Shown here piece after piece: positions 17,622 through 26,358 of a DNA stretch of 64,000 bases. Source of the stretch: a virus (taxonomy: Duplodnaviria; Caudoviricetes). The DNA lies in IMG/VR virus record IMGVR_UViG_3300031994_000022; one strand, written 5' to 3'. Both the position numbers and the translations under genes were made by a program. Numbering within the stretch: the stretch's first letter is position 1; every line of letters begins with the position of its first letter. The notes under the pieces were generated by a model. It was not told the DNA's origin and made no database searches. It saw only the letters and a program-made list of their open reading frames with translations.

Positions 17622-19178
17622 TTATCCTTCGCTCCTTGCCCTAGAACGTTCACCTGAATCAGATAAATCTCCTTCATCTACTTGTGGTCTTCCTTGTCCA
17701 ATTTCAGAAGTATATCCATCTTCAGTACCACTTTGGGTATAAGATGAATTTAGAGGACGAAGTTTATCACTAAGACCTAATAATTCTTCTTCTACATAAT
17801 TCATACAGATAGTGTCTTTTTCACTAAATCCATTAAGAGTATTGATAGCTAACTTAGTTGGTAATCCATACTGACCAGACGAAAGTAGCTGTTCTCTATA
17901 GTCTGACTTTGTATATGTTGAAATTGGCATAAAACGTACTTTGCAGTCATCGGCACCCTCATAACTAAGCATCCTCATTACCCAAGATTGTATTTGTGGT
18001 AGAAGAGAAGAGATGGCAAATTCTGTGTTGGCAATGGTAGCCATCTTAAATGCATAAGTATTATTGATGGTAGCACCATTAAGTATTTCAGCACCACCAG
18101 CCGTATTTAGTACTTGCTCTGTAGCTTTAGCAACTTTAGTAGTATCAGTTGCTTTATCATCACCAAAGCTTATTTCATGCAATTGTCCAGGAACAATGGC
18201 AGTAGCTATATAATCCGGAATACTATCATTAAGCTTATCAAAATATGGTAATGAAAGATCCGGGTCGATTTTCCAATCGTCTATTCGCTTCGATCCGGTT
18301 ATGGTTTCTAATTCGTACCACAGAAGCTTGTATACGCTCGCAGCATCCCCCGCTGCTTGAATGTCCTCAAGGTCTGCAAGATTTATAATACTATTAAATA
18401 TACCGCTCCAGGGACTGACTATTACATCCAAATCTTCAATTCTAAACTTCATACAAACTTGATACTTAGAATCTATCAGTTGCCACTTTTCACCAGTGCT
18501 TTGATAATTTTTCCAAACATCTTCAAATACTTCTGGTATATATTCAATAAGTTCTTGTCTATTTCTTAGCCATGAGGCATCAAAAAAATAAGACAGATCA
18601 CCTGTCATAAATTTTCCAGCTATCTTACAATAATCAGCTGGTAATTGCATATGAAATACCCCAGTATCATCATGAATATAGATACCATAATAAATATCTT
18701 GAACAAAACAAGTAAATATTATTGGATAAAATTCCTGCTGTAATCTCATTATTGAAACTGCATCAAGAGTATTTTGATAAGATTTCATTATCTTATCAGC
18801 ATTATTTTCTTTGACTAAATCATATTTAGGAATAATGCTTCGACAATCTAAACAAAACATTTCACTAAAGAAATGAACAATCCTATAAAATACATGAGAC
18901 CTATACAGAAGGTACCAGGCTAACGCTCGCAAATTCTTTTCTTGAGATCCGATATTTTGTAAATATTGTCTTAATCTTTCTTTATCAAAAGTAGTAATTG
19001 TTTTATTATAAGTCTTACCAATATCTCTTAATTGTTTAAGCATCTTATCTTTATTTTCAGTAGCAAAATTTGTAACCATATCTAAACGGTCTTTATTTTT
19101 GCTATACCAATCTTTTATTTCAGCCACTGTCGGCTGTTTAGGTGCATTCGACACCTGTGTAGTCTTTGTTCGTGCCAA
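17622..19178 (-). CDS. portal protein
   Basis: 518 aa directly downstream of terminase; C-terminal SSYTQSG...GRP tail typical of SPbeta-like portals. Confidence 0.75.
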   Translation of the reverse strand: MARTKTTQVSNAPKQPTVAEIKDWYSKNKDRLDMVTNFATENKDKMLKQLRDIGKTYNKTITTFDKERLRQYLQNIGSQEKNLRALAWYLLYRSHVFYRIVHFFSEMFCLDCRSIIPKYDLVKENNADKIMKSYQNTLDAVSIMRLQQEFYPIIFTCFVQDIYYGIYIHDDTGVFHMQLPADYCKIAGKFMTGDLSYFFDASWLRNRQELIEYIPEVFEDVWKNYQSTGEKWQLIDSKYQVCMKFRIEDLDVIVSPWSGIFNSIINLADLEDIQAAGDAASVYKLLWYELETITGSKRIDDWKIDPDLSLPYFDKLNDSIPDYIATAIVPGQLHEISFGDDKATDTTKVAKATEQVLNTAGGAEILNGATINNTYAFKMATIANTEFAISSLLPQIQSWVMRMLSYEGADDCKVRFMPISTYTKSDYREQLLSSGQYGLPTKLAINTLNGFSEKDTICMNYVEEELLGLSDKLRPLNSSYTQSGTEDGYTSEIGQGRPQVDEGDLSDSGERSRARSEG

Positions 19179-19190
19179 GTCGCACCTCCT

Positions 19191-21236
19191 TTATCTGCCC
19201 ACTATTTTTGCTGGGCGAATTGTTAATTTATCTAAAAGATAATTTGAAGATACTTTTGGCTTCTGAAGAAGCAACTTACGTCTTTCCTCAGCCAATGCGT
19301 GTCCAAGCATACAACAAGTATAGGCACGGTCGTCATGCATTTTATTAGCTTTTTCTGGGGTTAACTCAAAAGAGTCCTTACCGGATTCCCTTTTCTTTCT
19401 CACCATATTAACCAATTCTTCTTTCAAAGCATCGATATTTGCTAAAGCAATTTTATCTTTCCAATCCAACTTTATAGTTTTAGTATTAACCGATTGTACC
19501 TTACCTAATTCTTCTTGTAATTTATCTTCAAATTCTTTTTCATTTAGTTTTTTCTTTTTTAATTCTTCAATTATTCTTCCACGTTCTTTGTCTAATTTCT
19601 TCTGGTCAATATCAAATACAGTAAGATATTCTTTATTATCATATGTACTTGTGAAACCAATCTTATCTTGATTAAGCATTTCTATTAGTGCTTCATACAT
19701 CATCGATTTAAATTTAGCCGGTTCCATAAGATGAACCTTGTCCACCGCATTTGGGAATCTACCAACATAATCAGCAGAGTATTCTTTATCTATTAATCCT
19801 CTATGAATAATACCATCAGAAGTTTCCCAATCTGGCATCAAGTAATCGGCTATGTTCACACCGCCTCCTCCCGTACCAGCATCAATCCAAATACCGACAA
19901 TATTTTCATATGCATCAGCACCAGCGTTGTAATCAAGAATCATTTGTTTTAAATATTCAATCTGATCAGGCGTTCTCATAGGACTCTTGATTCGTTTACC
20001 GACATCCAAAAGATTAACACCATTAACAATCTTTGCTCTTTTATCAATGCTTCCATCTACTTGTATAAAATCATAAAACTCAGCCACAAGTATAAATGAG
20101 TTATCCACCTTACGAGCAGGGTCATAAAATAACCCATATTTCTTATCACCAGTTTCATTACAATGAATTGGCTTTCGAGTTTCCTCATTACGAGTAATAA
20201 CACCACGTTTTACAATGGCATCCGAACCAGCTTCTGTTGTAAATTGACAGTAATACTCGCGCCTCGCCTTTTCTGGATTTGTTCTCATTTCAGATTCGAC
20301 AGTAGAGCGAGAGAGTAGTGGAGCAATAACTTCACCATGTAATGTCGGTTTGAATGCGAGTTCACAATCAATGTGAAGAACACAATAATCTGGGTCTCCC
20401 ATAATCTGACGTTTAGCAAAATCTCTATATAAAGAATAAAACTTTGTATCAGTAGAAGATGCACTACTAATATAAAACTTTTGGTTTGGTATATCTGTGG
20501 CAAACGTTCTTTGTCTAATAGGGTCAATAGAACGACCACTTGCATCTTTACCAGTCTTTAAGCTTTTATTTACAATAGCAAACGCCGAATATACATTCAT
20601 CATTTCTTCCGATAAAAAACCGCTTTCATCGAAGATTACGTTTCCTCTCATTCCTCTCTTTTTATCTATATTACTGTTGAGCGTCTGAGTCATCGACCCA
20701 TTATAGACTTCGTAATTGAATCCATTAGAAGAATGACTAAAACCATCGCCAGCTGCATTTTTGATTTTTATTTCATCTTTAAATATTTTTCCTGTAGAAC
20801 CTGCAAAGGTATCTATGTTATCATTTGCAATACGTTCGAGCGTTGTGAAAGTTTGTTCTGCCTGAGAACCAGATCCTGAAGCAATATATGTCCAATAATT
20901 ACAGAAACACATGTCCTTCATCATGGTTTCTAAATCTATAACTGTTGATTTTCCCCAACCTCGAGTCGCAACGATTAATACATTTGGACAATTCCATGAA
21001 CGCTGTACTGCTAAAGCTTGAGAATCCAAAAGTTCAATATTAAACCAAAAATCTATACCAGCTACGGGATTACATTGAAAATATTTCTGCATCATCGCAA
21101 TAGCCTGTAACGCTTCAATTTTTCTCGTAGACATAGGATAATCAATTGGCTTTACAAATATTCCATAATCTTTATAGAAATCTTTATCATATTGCAAATC
21201 ATAATCAAAACTATTCGGTGTCCATATCTGACTCAT
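19191..21236 (-). CDS. terL: terminase large subunit
   Basis: Walker A ATRGWGKS, Walker B VIFDESG, nuclease motifs YDPAR...D, IDAGTGGGG, HDDRAY. Confidence 0.9.
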   Translation of the reverse strand: MSQIWTPNSFDYDLQYDKDFYKDYGIFVKPIDYPMSTRKIEALQAIAMMQKYFQCNPVAGIDFWFNIELLDSQALAVQRSWNCPNVLIVATRGWGKSTVIDLETMMKDMCFCNYWTYIASGSGSQAEQTFTTLERIANDNIDTFAGSTGKIFKDEIKIKNAAGDGFSHSSNGFNYEVYNGSMTQTLNSNIDKKRGMRGNVIFDESGFLSEEMMNVYSAFAIVNKSLKTGKDASGRSIDPIRQRTFATDIPNQKFYISSASSTDTKFYSLYRDFAKRQIMGDPDYCVLHIDCELAFKPTLHGEVIAPLLSRSTVESEMRTNPEKARREYYCQFTTEAGSDAIVKRGVITRNEETRKPIHCNETGDKKYGLFYDPARKVDNSFILVAEFYDFIQVDGSIDKRAKIVNGVNLLDVGKRIKSPMRTPDQIEYLKQMILDYNAGADAYENIVGIWIDAGTGGGGVNIADYLMPDWETSDGIIHRGLIDKEYSADYVGRFPNAVDKVHLMEPAKFKSMMYEALIEMLNQDKIGFTSTYDNKEYLTVFDIDQKKLDKERGRIIEELKKKKLNEKEFEDKLQEELGKVQSVNTKTIKLDWKDKIALANIDALKEELVNMVRKKRESGKDSFELTPEKANKMHDDRAYTCCMLGHALAEERRKLLLQKPKVSSNYLLDKLTIRPAKIVGR

Positions 21237-22560
21237 CTACAGACACCTCCTCTTCTTCAGCAGAGAAAGGAGAGTAAAGTTCTTTTAAATTATGAAGATT
21301 AGTCGTAATATCAATATCTTGCTCCCCTAAATAATCTTTAAGATCAAGATTTTCTCTTAACAATAATCTATTTATTTCTTTAAAAGCATCTCTTTCTTTT
21401 CGTAATGTTTGATTATCAACTCTCATAGTCGCAACAATGTCTGCCCATTCAGATTCATCCAATGCTAATTGTTTCATAATAGAAGCATCAGATATTTCTT
21501 GGACTTGTTGCATACCCCGACATGTGGCAATATCAAAACCATTCACTTGTCCTTCTCGAAGATTTAAATCTTTAATTTTCTGAATTTTACCAGTCCAAGT
21601 ATTTTCACCCTTAATAGAATTCTTGCTATTTTTGAGAGAGATACAGTTTTCGCTTGCAAGTTTAGTAACGCTTAAAGTAATATTCTTTTTCATTTCTTGA
21701 AGAGCTTTAACTGTAGATATATTTTTTTCTGCATTTCTAGTGTCTTGAACTAAATCTGCAATCATATCATCTATCTGATTTATCTGTAGAAAGTTACGAA
21801 CAATACTGATGATAGATGAAGTTCTCATCATATCATCATTACCATTTTCATCAGAATCCAAGAATCCAATAAGCTGAGAATATAAAAATGGTTGGTCGGC
21901 TAACTTTTCCTTTTCAAAAGGAAGATAACCAAGCAACCTCAACGTATCATTTTTATTCTTTTCAAATTGGTCGAGTATCTCTTGATCTTTCGGAAGAGCA
22001 TCCTCAGCCATATCTTCAATGCTAAACATTCCTCCCGTATAATTATCTGACTGTCTATAAGTCAAAGTGTAATACTGAGGCATAGCCGCATTTTTAATAT
22101 AACTCGTCCACACATTAGATTTTGCTTTGCCCGTAGATTGATTAGCGGCTTCAAGCAAAGAAGAATCCCATATGGAATCTAACATTGGTTTGTCGAGAAA
22201 ATAACAAGCATCATCCACAGTTTTCTTTGTGGGTTGTTGCTTTTTTCCATTCACCGTCGGCATAGCAATGTCGGCAGCACATTGCTTGCAACCGTCCGTT
22301 ATTTGACTCGCACAGTTAGGAGCAGTAGAAGAGTAGAAATCGCTTTTCTTCTTAACTTTTCCGCAGTGCTGACAAGTATAATATTTAGAACCAACTCCAA
22401 GTATTTCTAAACATTGTAGTTGGTCTTTATCTTCTAATTTATCAAACAACTTTTGTATTTTATCTATTTGTTCTTTTATATCTTTAAGCCCGGTAATTTT
22501 GTCACTACGAGTATTTGTAGTTGACTTCTGCCCGACTTGTCTCATAGTTTTCGTAGCCAC
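21211..22560 (-). CDS. Zn-finger protein upstream of terminase (possible small terminase)
   Basis: CQHCG...CKQC; overlaps terL start. Confidence 0.55.
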   Translation of the reverse strand: MATKTMRQVGQKSTTNTRSDKITGLKDIKEQIDKIQKLFDKLEDKDQLQCLEILGVGSKYYTCQHCGKVKKKSDFYSSTAPNCASQITDGCKQCAADIAMPTVNGKKQQPTKKTVDDACYFLDKPMLDSIWDSSLLEAANQSTGKAKSNVWTSYIKNAAMPQYYTLTYRQSDNYTGGMFSIEDMAEDALPKDQEILDQFEKNKNDTLRLLGYLPFEKEKLADQPFLYSQLIGFLDSDENGNDDMMRTSSIISIVRNFLQINQIDDMIADLVQDTRNAEKNISTVKALQEMKKNITLSVTKLASENCISLKNSKNSIKGENTWTGKIQKIKDLNLREGQVNGFDIATCRGMQQVQEISDASIMKQLALDESEWADIVATMRVDNQTLRKERDAFKEINRLLLRENLDLKDYLGEQDIDITTNLHNLKELYSPFSAEEEEVSVDESDMDTE

Positions 22561-22787
22561 AAATTCACCTACTTCCTTTTATTCAAAAATTAAAGTGTCA
22601 AATATTGCACGTTAATATCAAGAATCAATATTAACAAGACAAATACGACACTCTACACTTCGTCCTTAACTAATAAGGCTTATATTTTTCGCCTTTCGCA
22701 TTAAGACTTTCGAGACGCATCTCTACTTATCACATATCCGCAAATATCTGTCTTTCACTGTCTCTCCGAAGATAACAGAGGGCATTT

Positions 22788-22859
22788 TAGCAGGGGTAGG
22801 AATTGCACCCACAACCTCCGGAGCATGAATCCGGCAAACGTCTGTCGTTATGCCCTGCG
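22788..22859 (-). tRNA. tRNA-Met(CAT), initiator-like, degenerate D-arm
   Basis: acceptor GCAGGG/CCCTGC with 1:72 mismatch; CCGGA-TTCATGC-TCCGG anticodon arm; GTGCAATTC T-loop. Confidence 0.7.
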
Positions 22860-22866
22860 TTAAAAT

Positions 22867-22963
22867 ATAGAACACATCGGCTCATTACCCCTGTACACTG
22901 GGAACACAACCGACCACTTACGGACAATACAGGTATCATCCTTTTCGCAGGCTCTCGTTCTAT
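22867..22963 (-). ncRNA. unidentified ~97 nt structured RNA between two tRNAs
   Basis: ATAGAAC/GTTCTAT closing stem, CCTGTA/TACAGG stem, TCGGTT/AGCCGA possible pseudoknot. Confidence 0.45.
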
Positions 22964-22994
22964 TTGCGTTTGCATGATTTAATGTGTTTGCTCA

Positions 22995-23065
22995 TTGAAA
23001 ATGTAGGATTCGAACCTCGCCCCTACAGCCCAAGTGTAGTGTGCTACCATTACACCACATTCTCA
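22995..23065 (-). tRNA. tRNA-Pro(TGG)-like, imperfect T-stem
   Basis: GTGTAATGGTAGCAC D-arm; CTACA-CTTGGGC-TGTAG anticodon arm; GGTTCGAATCC. Confidence 0.7.
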
Positions 23066-23155
23066 TTAAAATGGCGTGGGGTATCTAGTATTCCCCACGC
23101 CTTATATATTAACTAGAATTATCCCCACTCTCCCTAGAGGGTGGCAGATTTGTCA

Positions 23156-24091
23156 TTATTCAACTAATGAGCCATCAGGATTAAATACATAATTCTTTAG
23201 TCCAATCCTTACCTTACCAGTTACCATATAACCGGTACTATCAAAGTAATACCACTTGCCATCAACCTTACACCATTCCTTAATCGGATACCATTGAGAT
23301 TCCACACCTTCTAACCAGTATCCTTTATTATTACATTTCCAAGCATAAGTTAATTGATCCCAAGCACCATTCTTATCTACATAATAAAGTTTTCCATCTT
23401 CGGCATAATTCTTCGACTTAATGAATTCATCAGCAGCCATATAACCCGAAGGTTTAAAATAATAATCAACTCCGTCTATAGTCTTCCAAGTGTTGACTGG
23501 ATATGTGCCATTGCTATATACATACCACCATCCATTGTCATCATTCTGCCAACCAGATTTGGATTGATTCAGTTTCTTATTAACTGCCTCACCTATCTGT
23601 CCCATACGACTATACAAATAATCGCCAGGACATGCCTTATTTGCAAAGTCACGATGAACAGTCATATTACAACCATTCTTGTGATTTATTCTATCAGATT
23701 TATTATTAGACCATATCATTTTCTGTATTCCATTTCTCTTACATATGTCTGTACATAATTCAATAAGAGAAGAGTATACAGCTGAATTAACCGCATATGG
23801 ATTTGTAGTATCTGATGCACATTCTATTGTTACAGCACGTTGATCATTTGCTTGATTTGAAGTACACTGAGATGCCTTATTTTCCTCAACATACATAGCA
23901 ATTCTTCCATCTGTACCAATTCCATAATTGGAAGAAGCTCTTGCAGAAGACTTAGAAAATATACTTCCGCAAGTCTCTACAGACAATTGCCCTACCATAC
24001 AGTGGATTGAAATAGTATCAATACTATGATTTCGTTTTCCGTATGTATTAGGAGAGAGTGCTGTGTATTTAACTAACGAACTATTACTCAT
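23156..24091 (-). CDS. N-acetylmuramoyl-L-alanine amidase (endolysin) with cell-wall-binding repeats
   Basis: ISIHC, TIECA, TVHRDFANKACPG; C-terminal GWWY/WYYF repeats. Confidence 0.9.
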   Translation of the reverse strand: MSNSSLVKYTALSPNTYGKRNHSIDTISIHCMVGQLSVETCGSIFSKSSARASSNYGIGTDGRIAMYVEENKASQCTSNQANDQRAVTIECASDTTNPYAVNSAVYSSLIELCTDICKRNGIQKMIWSNNKSDRINHKNGCNMTVHRDFANKACPGDYLYSRMGQIGEAVNKKLNQSKSGWQNDDNGWWYVYSNGTYPVNTWKTIDGVDYYFKPSGYMAADEFIKSKNYAEDGKLYYVDKNGAWDQLTYAWKCNNKGYWLEGVESQWYPIKEWCKVDGKWYYFDSTGYMVTGKVRIGLKNYVFNPDGSLVE

Positions 24092-24116
24092 TGTCTTACC
24101 TCCAAAAAACGTGGAG

Positions 24117-25337
24117 TTATGACAACTCCACGTTATAAATACAATCTATACCATTTTCGTCACAAACCAAAACTGTTTGATTCGGTTTGCCAGATAATCT
24201 CTTTTCTATAGTGTAATCATCTCCGGCACCAGCTATAGAACCACCTTGAATTATCTTAACTCCATTTATGTCTGTACTACTTGGGAAGTGATTATGTCCA
24301 TTCATAATAGCATATGGTATCTTACCGAGCATCATGCTGAGATTGCCAACTCCCGTTTTAGTCAGATTATCAAAGTCTCCGTGTACAGCCACATATTCTT
24401 TTCCATAAAGTTCAAACAATGAAATACCAGAGTCTATGCGATGTTCAGGTTCATCATGAACCTTGATATTATCTATATGCATAGTCATCTGCTTAACAAT
24501 CCAAGTGATAAGATTATCTAGTCTTTCATCATGGACAGCCATTTCTTTATTACTTACAAGTCTGCTGTGATTACCCGCACACTCATATATGTTTACAAAA
24601 CCAAACACATTTGCAAGCTCCACACAAAATGATGATATTACTTCGCTTGCAATCTTAATCTGTTCAATAACATTTTCTCTGTTACTGACTTGAATTGTGT
24701 TATGAATGTTTCCGCTTATTTCGTCACCTAGTAATACTACGTTTACCATTACAGAACCATGTCTGTTTCCAATCTGTATTACTTTATCTAATAGCTGCCC
24801 TAATCTATCTTTTAATATATCAGTATCATATCTGCCAAATGGATTATTAAATGTTTCCCCAGTATGTAAATCTGACAACATTACTATAAGAGAATTATCT
24901 CCATCGTTATAACAAATACTATCCGATACATCAAAATTAGCTCTACCTATTTCTTGAAGTTCTCTTTCAAGATTATCTAATTTTTCTTCTATACGTGCTT
25001 CAACACGATTTTGCTTATTCCAGCCATTACGCTCATCTCTAAATGCAACCTTGGCTCTCTCTAATTCACGCTTCTGATTATTTAGTTTTTCCGTATATTC
25101 ATCTTCGGTAAATTTACTAAACACACCAGCTTCGTAAAATCTTTTAGCTTGCTGATATGGTTTTCTGTAAGCAGAAGAGGAGCGATACTCGTCCTCGTCA
25201 TCTCTGCATTCTTTATTTATATATTCGGCTAATTCGTCCCAATCCATATCTAGAATTCCAGAGTCTTTCATCTGGGCAACTCGCCATATGTATTGTTCTT
25301 CGTTTTCATTCGGATGTCTTTTTAAACTATTCACCAA
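24117..25337 (-). CDS. calcineurin-like metallophosphoesterase (YonJ-like)
   Basis: SDLH, LGD, GNH, VHGD, GHNH motifs. Confidence 0.85.
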   Translation of the reverse strand: MVNSLKRHPNENEEQYIWRVAQMKDSGILDMDWDELAEYINKECRDDEDEYRSSSAYRKPYQQAKRFYEAGVFSKFTEDEYTEKLNNQKRELERAKVAFRDERNGWNKQNRVEARIEEKLDNLERELQEIGRANFDVSDSICYNDGDNSLIVMLSDLHTGETFNNPFGRYDTDILKDRLGQLLDKVIQIGNRHGSVMVNVVLLGDEISGNIHNTIQVSNRENVIEQIKIASEVISSFCVELANVFGFVNIYECAGNHSRLVSNKEMAVHDERLDNLITWIVKQMTMHIDNIKVHDEPEHRIDSGISLFELYGKEYVAVHGDFDNLTKTGVGNLSMMLGKIPYAIMNGHNHFPSSTDINGVKIIQGGSIAGAGDDYTIEKRLSGKPNQTVLVCDENGIDCIYNVELS

Positions 25338-25346
25338 ATCACCACC

Positions 25347-25535
25347 TTACCCATTAAGGTCACGATCGACCTTTGTAGATACTTTTATAGTAAACTGTGT
25401 ACCATCTTTATACGTCTTCTGAAGAAGTTCATATAAATTTACTTCAGCTCCGTCATCATCAAGAAGGGTAGTACCATCCATATAAGCATCTTTAATAGTA
25501 AGTGATTTATTTGTCGTTTCCTTTATTGTTATCAT
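25347..25535 (-). CDS. small protein (YonK-like by size and position)
   Basis: 62 aa upstream of the phosphoesterase. Confidence 0.55.
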   Translation of the reverse strand: MITIKETTNKSLTIKDAYMDGTTLLDDDGAEVNLYELLQKTYKDGTQFTIKVSTKVDRDLNG

Positions 25536-25668
25536 CCCTTTTATCTCCTTATTATACCTTGAGTTAAAAACGTTCCCGTTTCACCCATATGGTTCTCTTT
25601 TAAATTTTTCTCCTTAAATCACTGACGGCTTCTACCGAAGCAGAAGCCGTATTGTAATAAGGAGGTAT

Positions 25669-25926
25669 TTACGAAACAGGAGAGGTTATTTTGAAATATT
25701 TTCCAAAACGTGCTCTCGCAAACTTAACTTCATCTTTGTATGATGCTGGATATACAATAAGTCCCTTCAAAACAACTGTCTCTTTTCCTTCGTTTAGATT
25801 TTGCAAGGTAATCTTACTAGCACTATCCAATACGGCAGATATATCTCTTTTGGCGTATCCGGTATCTTTAGATATCTGCCCCACAAACTCCGGATTATTA
25901 ATCTTTTCTTTTTTCATCCTTTTCAC
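25669..25926 (-). CDS. HU-like DNA-binding protein
   Basis: helix-helix N-terminus, LNEGKETVVLKG, ARFGKYFK; position of SPbeta YonN. Confidence 0.6.
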   Translation of the reverse strand: MKRMKKEKINNPEFVGQISKDTGYAKRDISAVLDSASKITLQNLNEGKETVVLKGLIVYPASYKDEVKFARARFGKYFKITSPVS

Positions 25927-26258
25927 TCCTCGAATATTGTCATTCCTATATTTAGTCCTTTATCAGAAAGAATCTTTATGAAAGGTCTATGATCAACAAC
26001 TTCCGTTCCATCATCTAATTTACGTGTGATCTTTTTGCCTTTACATTTTTCATTCTTACATACCACGACATTAGTGCCGTATACGTATGTAGTAGGTTCT
26101 TTACAATAAGGACAGGTACCCAAAAACTTTTCTCTCTGAGATTCAAGTTTCTGTTTATCATTAGTTACTCGTTTGTACGGTTTAAGTCCAAACATTTCTT
26201 GTCCAATTTCATCGAAAGAGTAGTAGACTTTACCGCCTGTTTTTTTATCCATATCCAT
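25923..26258 (-). CDS. hypothetical Zn-binding protein
   Basis: CPYC...CKNEKC. Confidence 0.7.
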   Translation of the reverse strand: MDMDKKTGGKVYYSFDEIGQEMFGLKPYKRVTNDKQKLESQREKFLGTCPYCKEPTTYVYGTNVVVCKNEKCKGKKITRKLDDGTEVVDHRPFIKILSDKGLNIGMTIFEE

Positions 26259-26358
26259 TTATCTCCTTTAAAATATTGGGGAGAAATTTAATTTTCTCCT
26301 TTGTCTTCATTAGATGATTAAGGAGACCCTAAAAAAATAGGGGATAAAGCCATATTTT

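Noticed and set aside
22787-22975. 62 aa ORF
   Set aside because: Overlaps tRNA-Met and a structured RNA; no RBS
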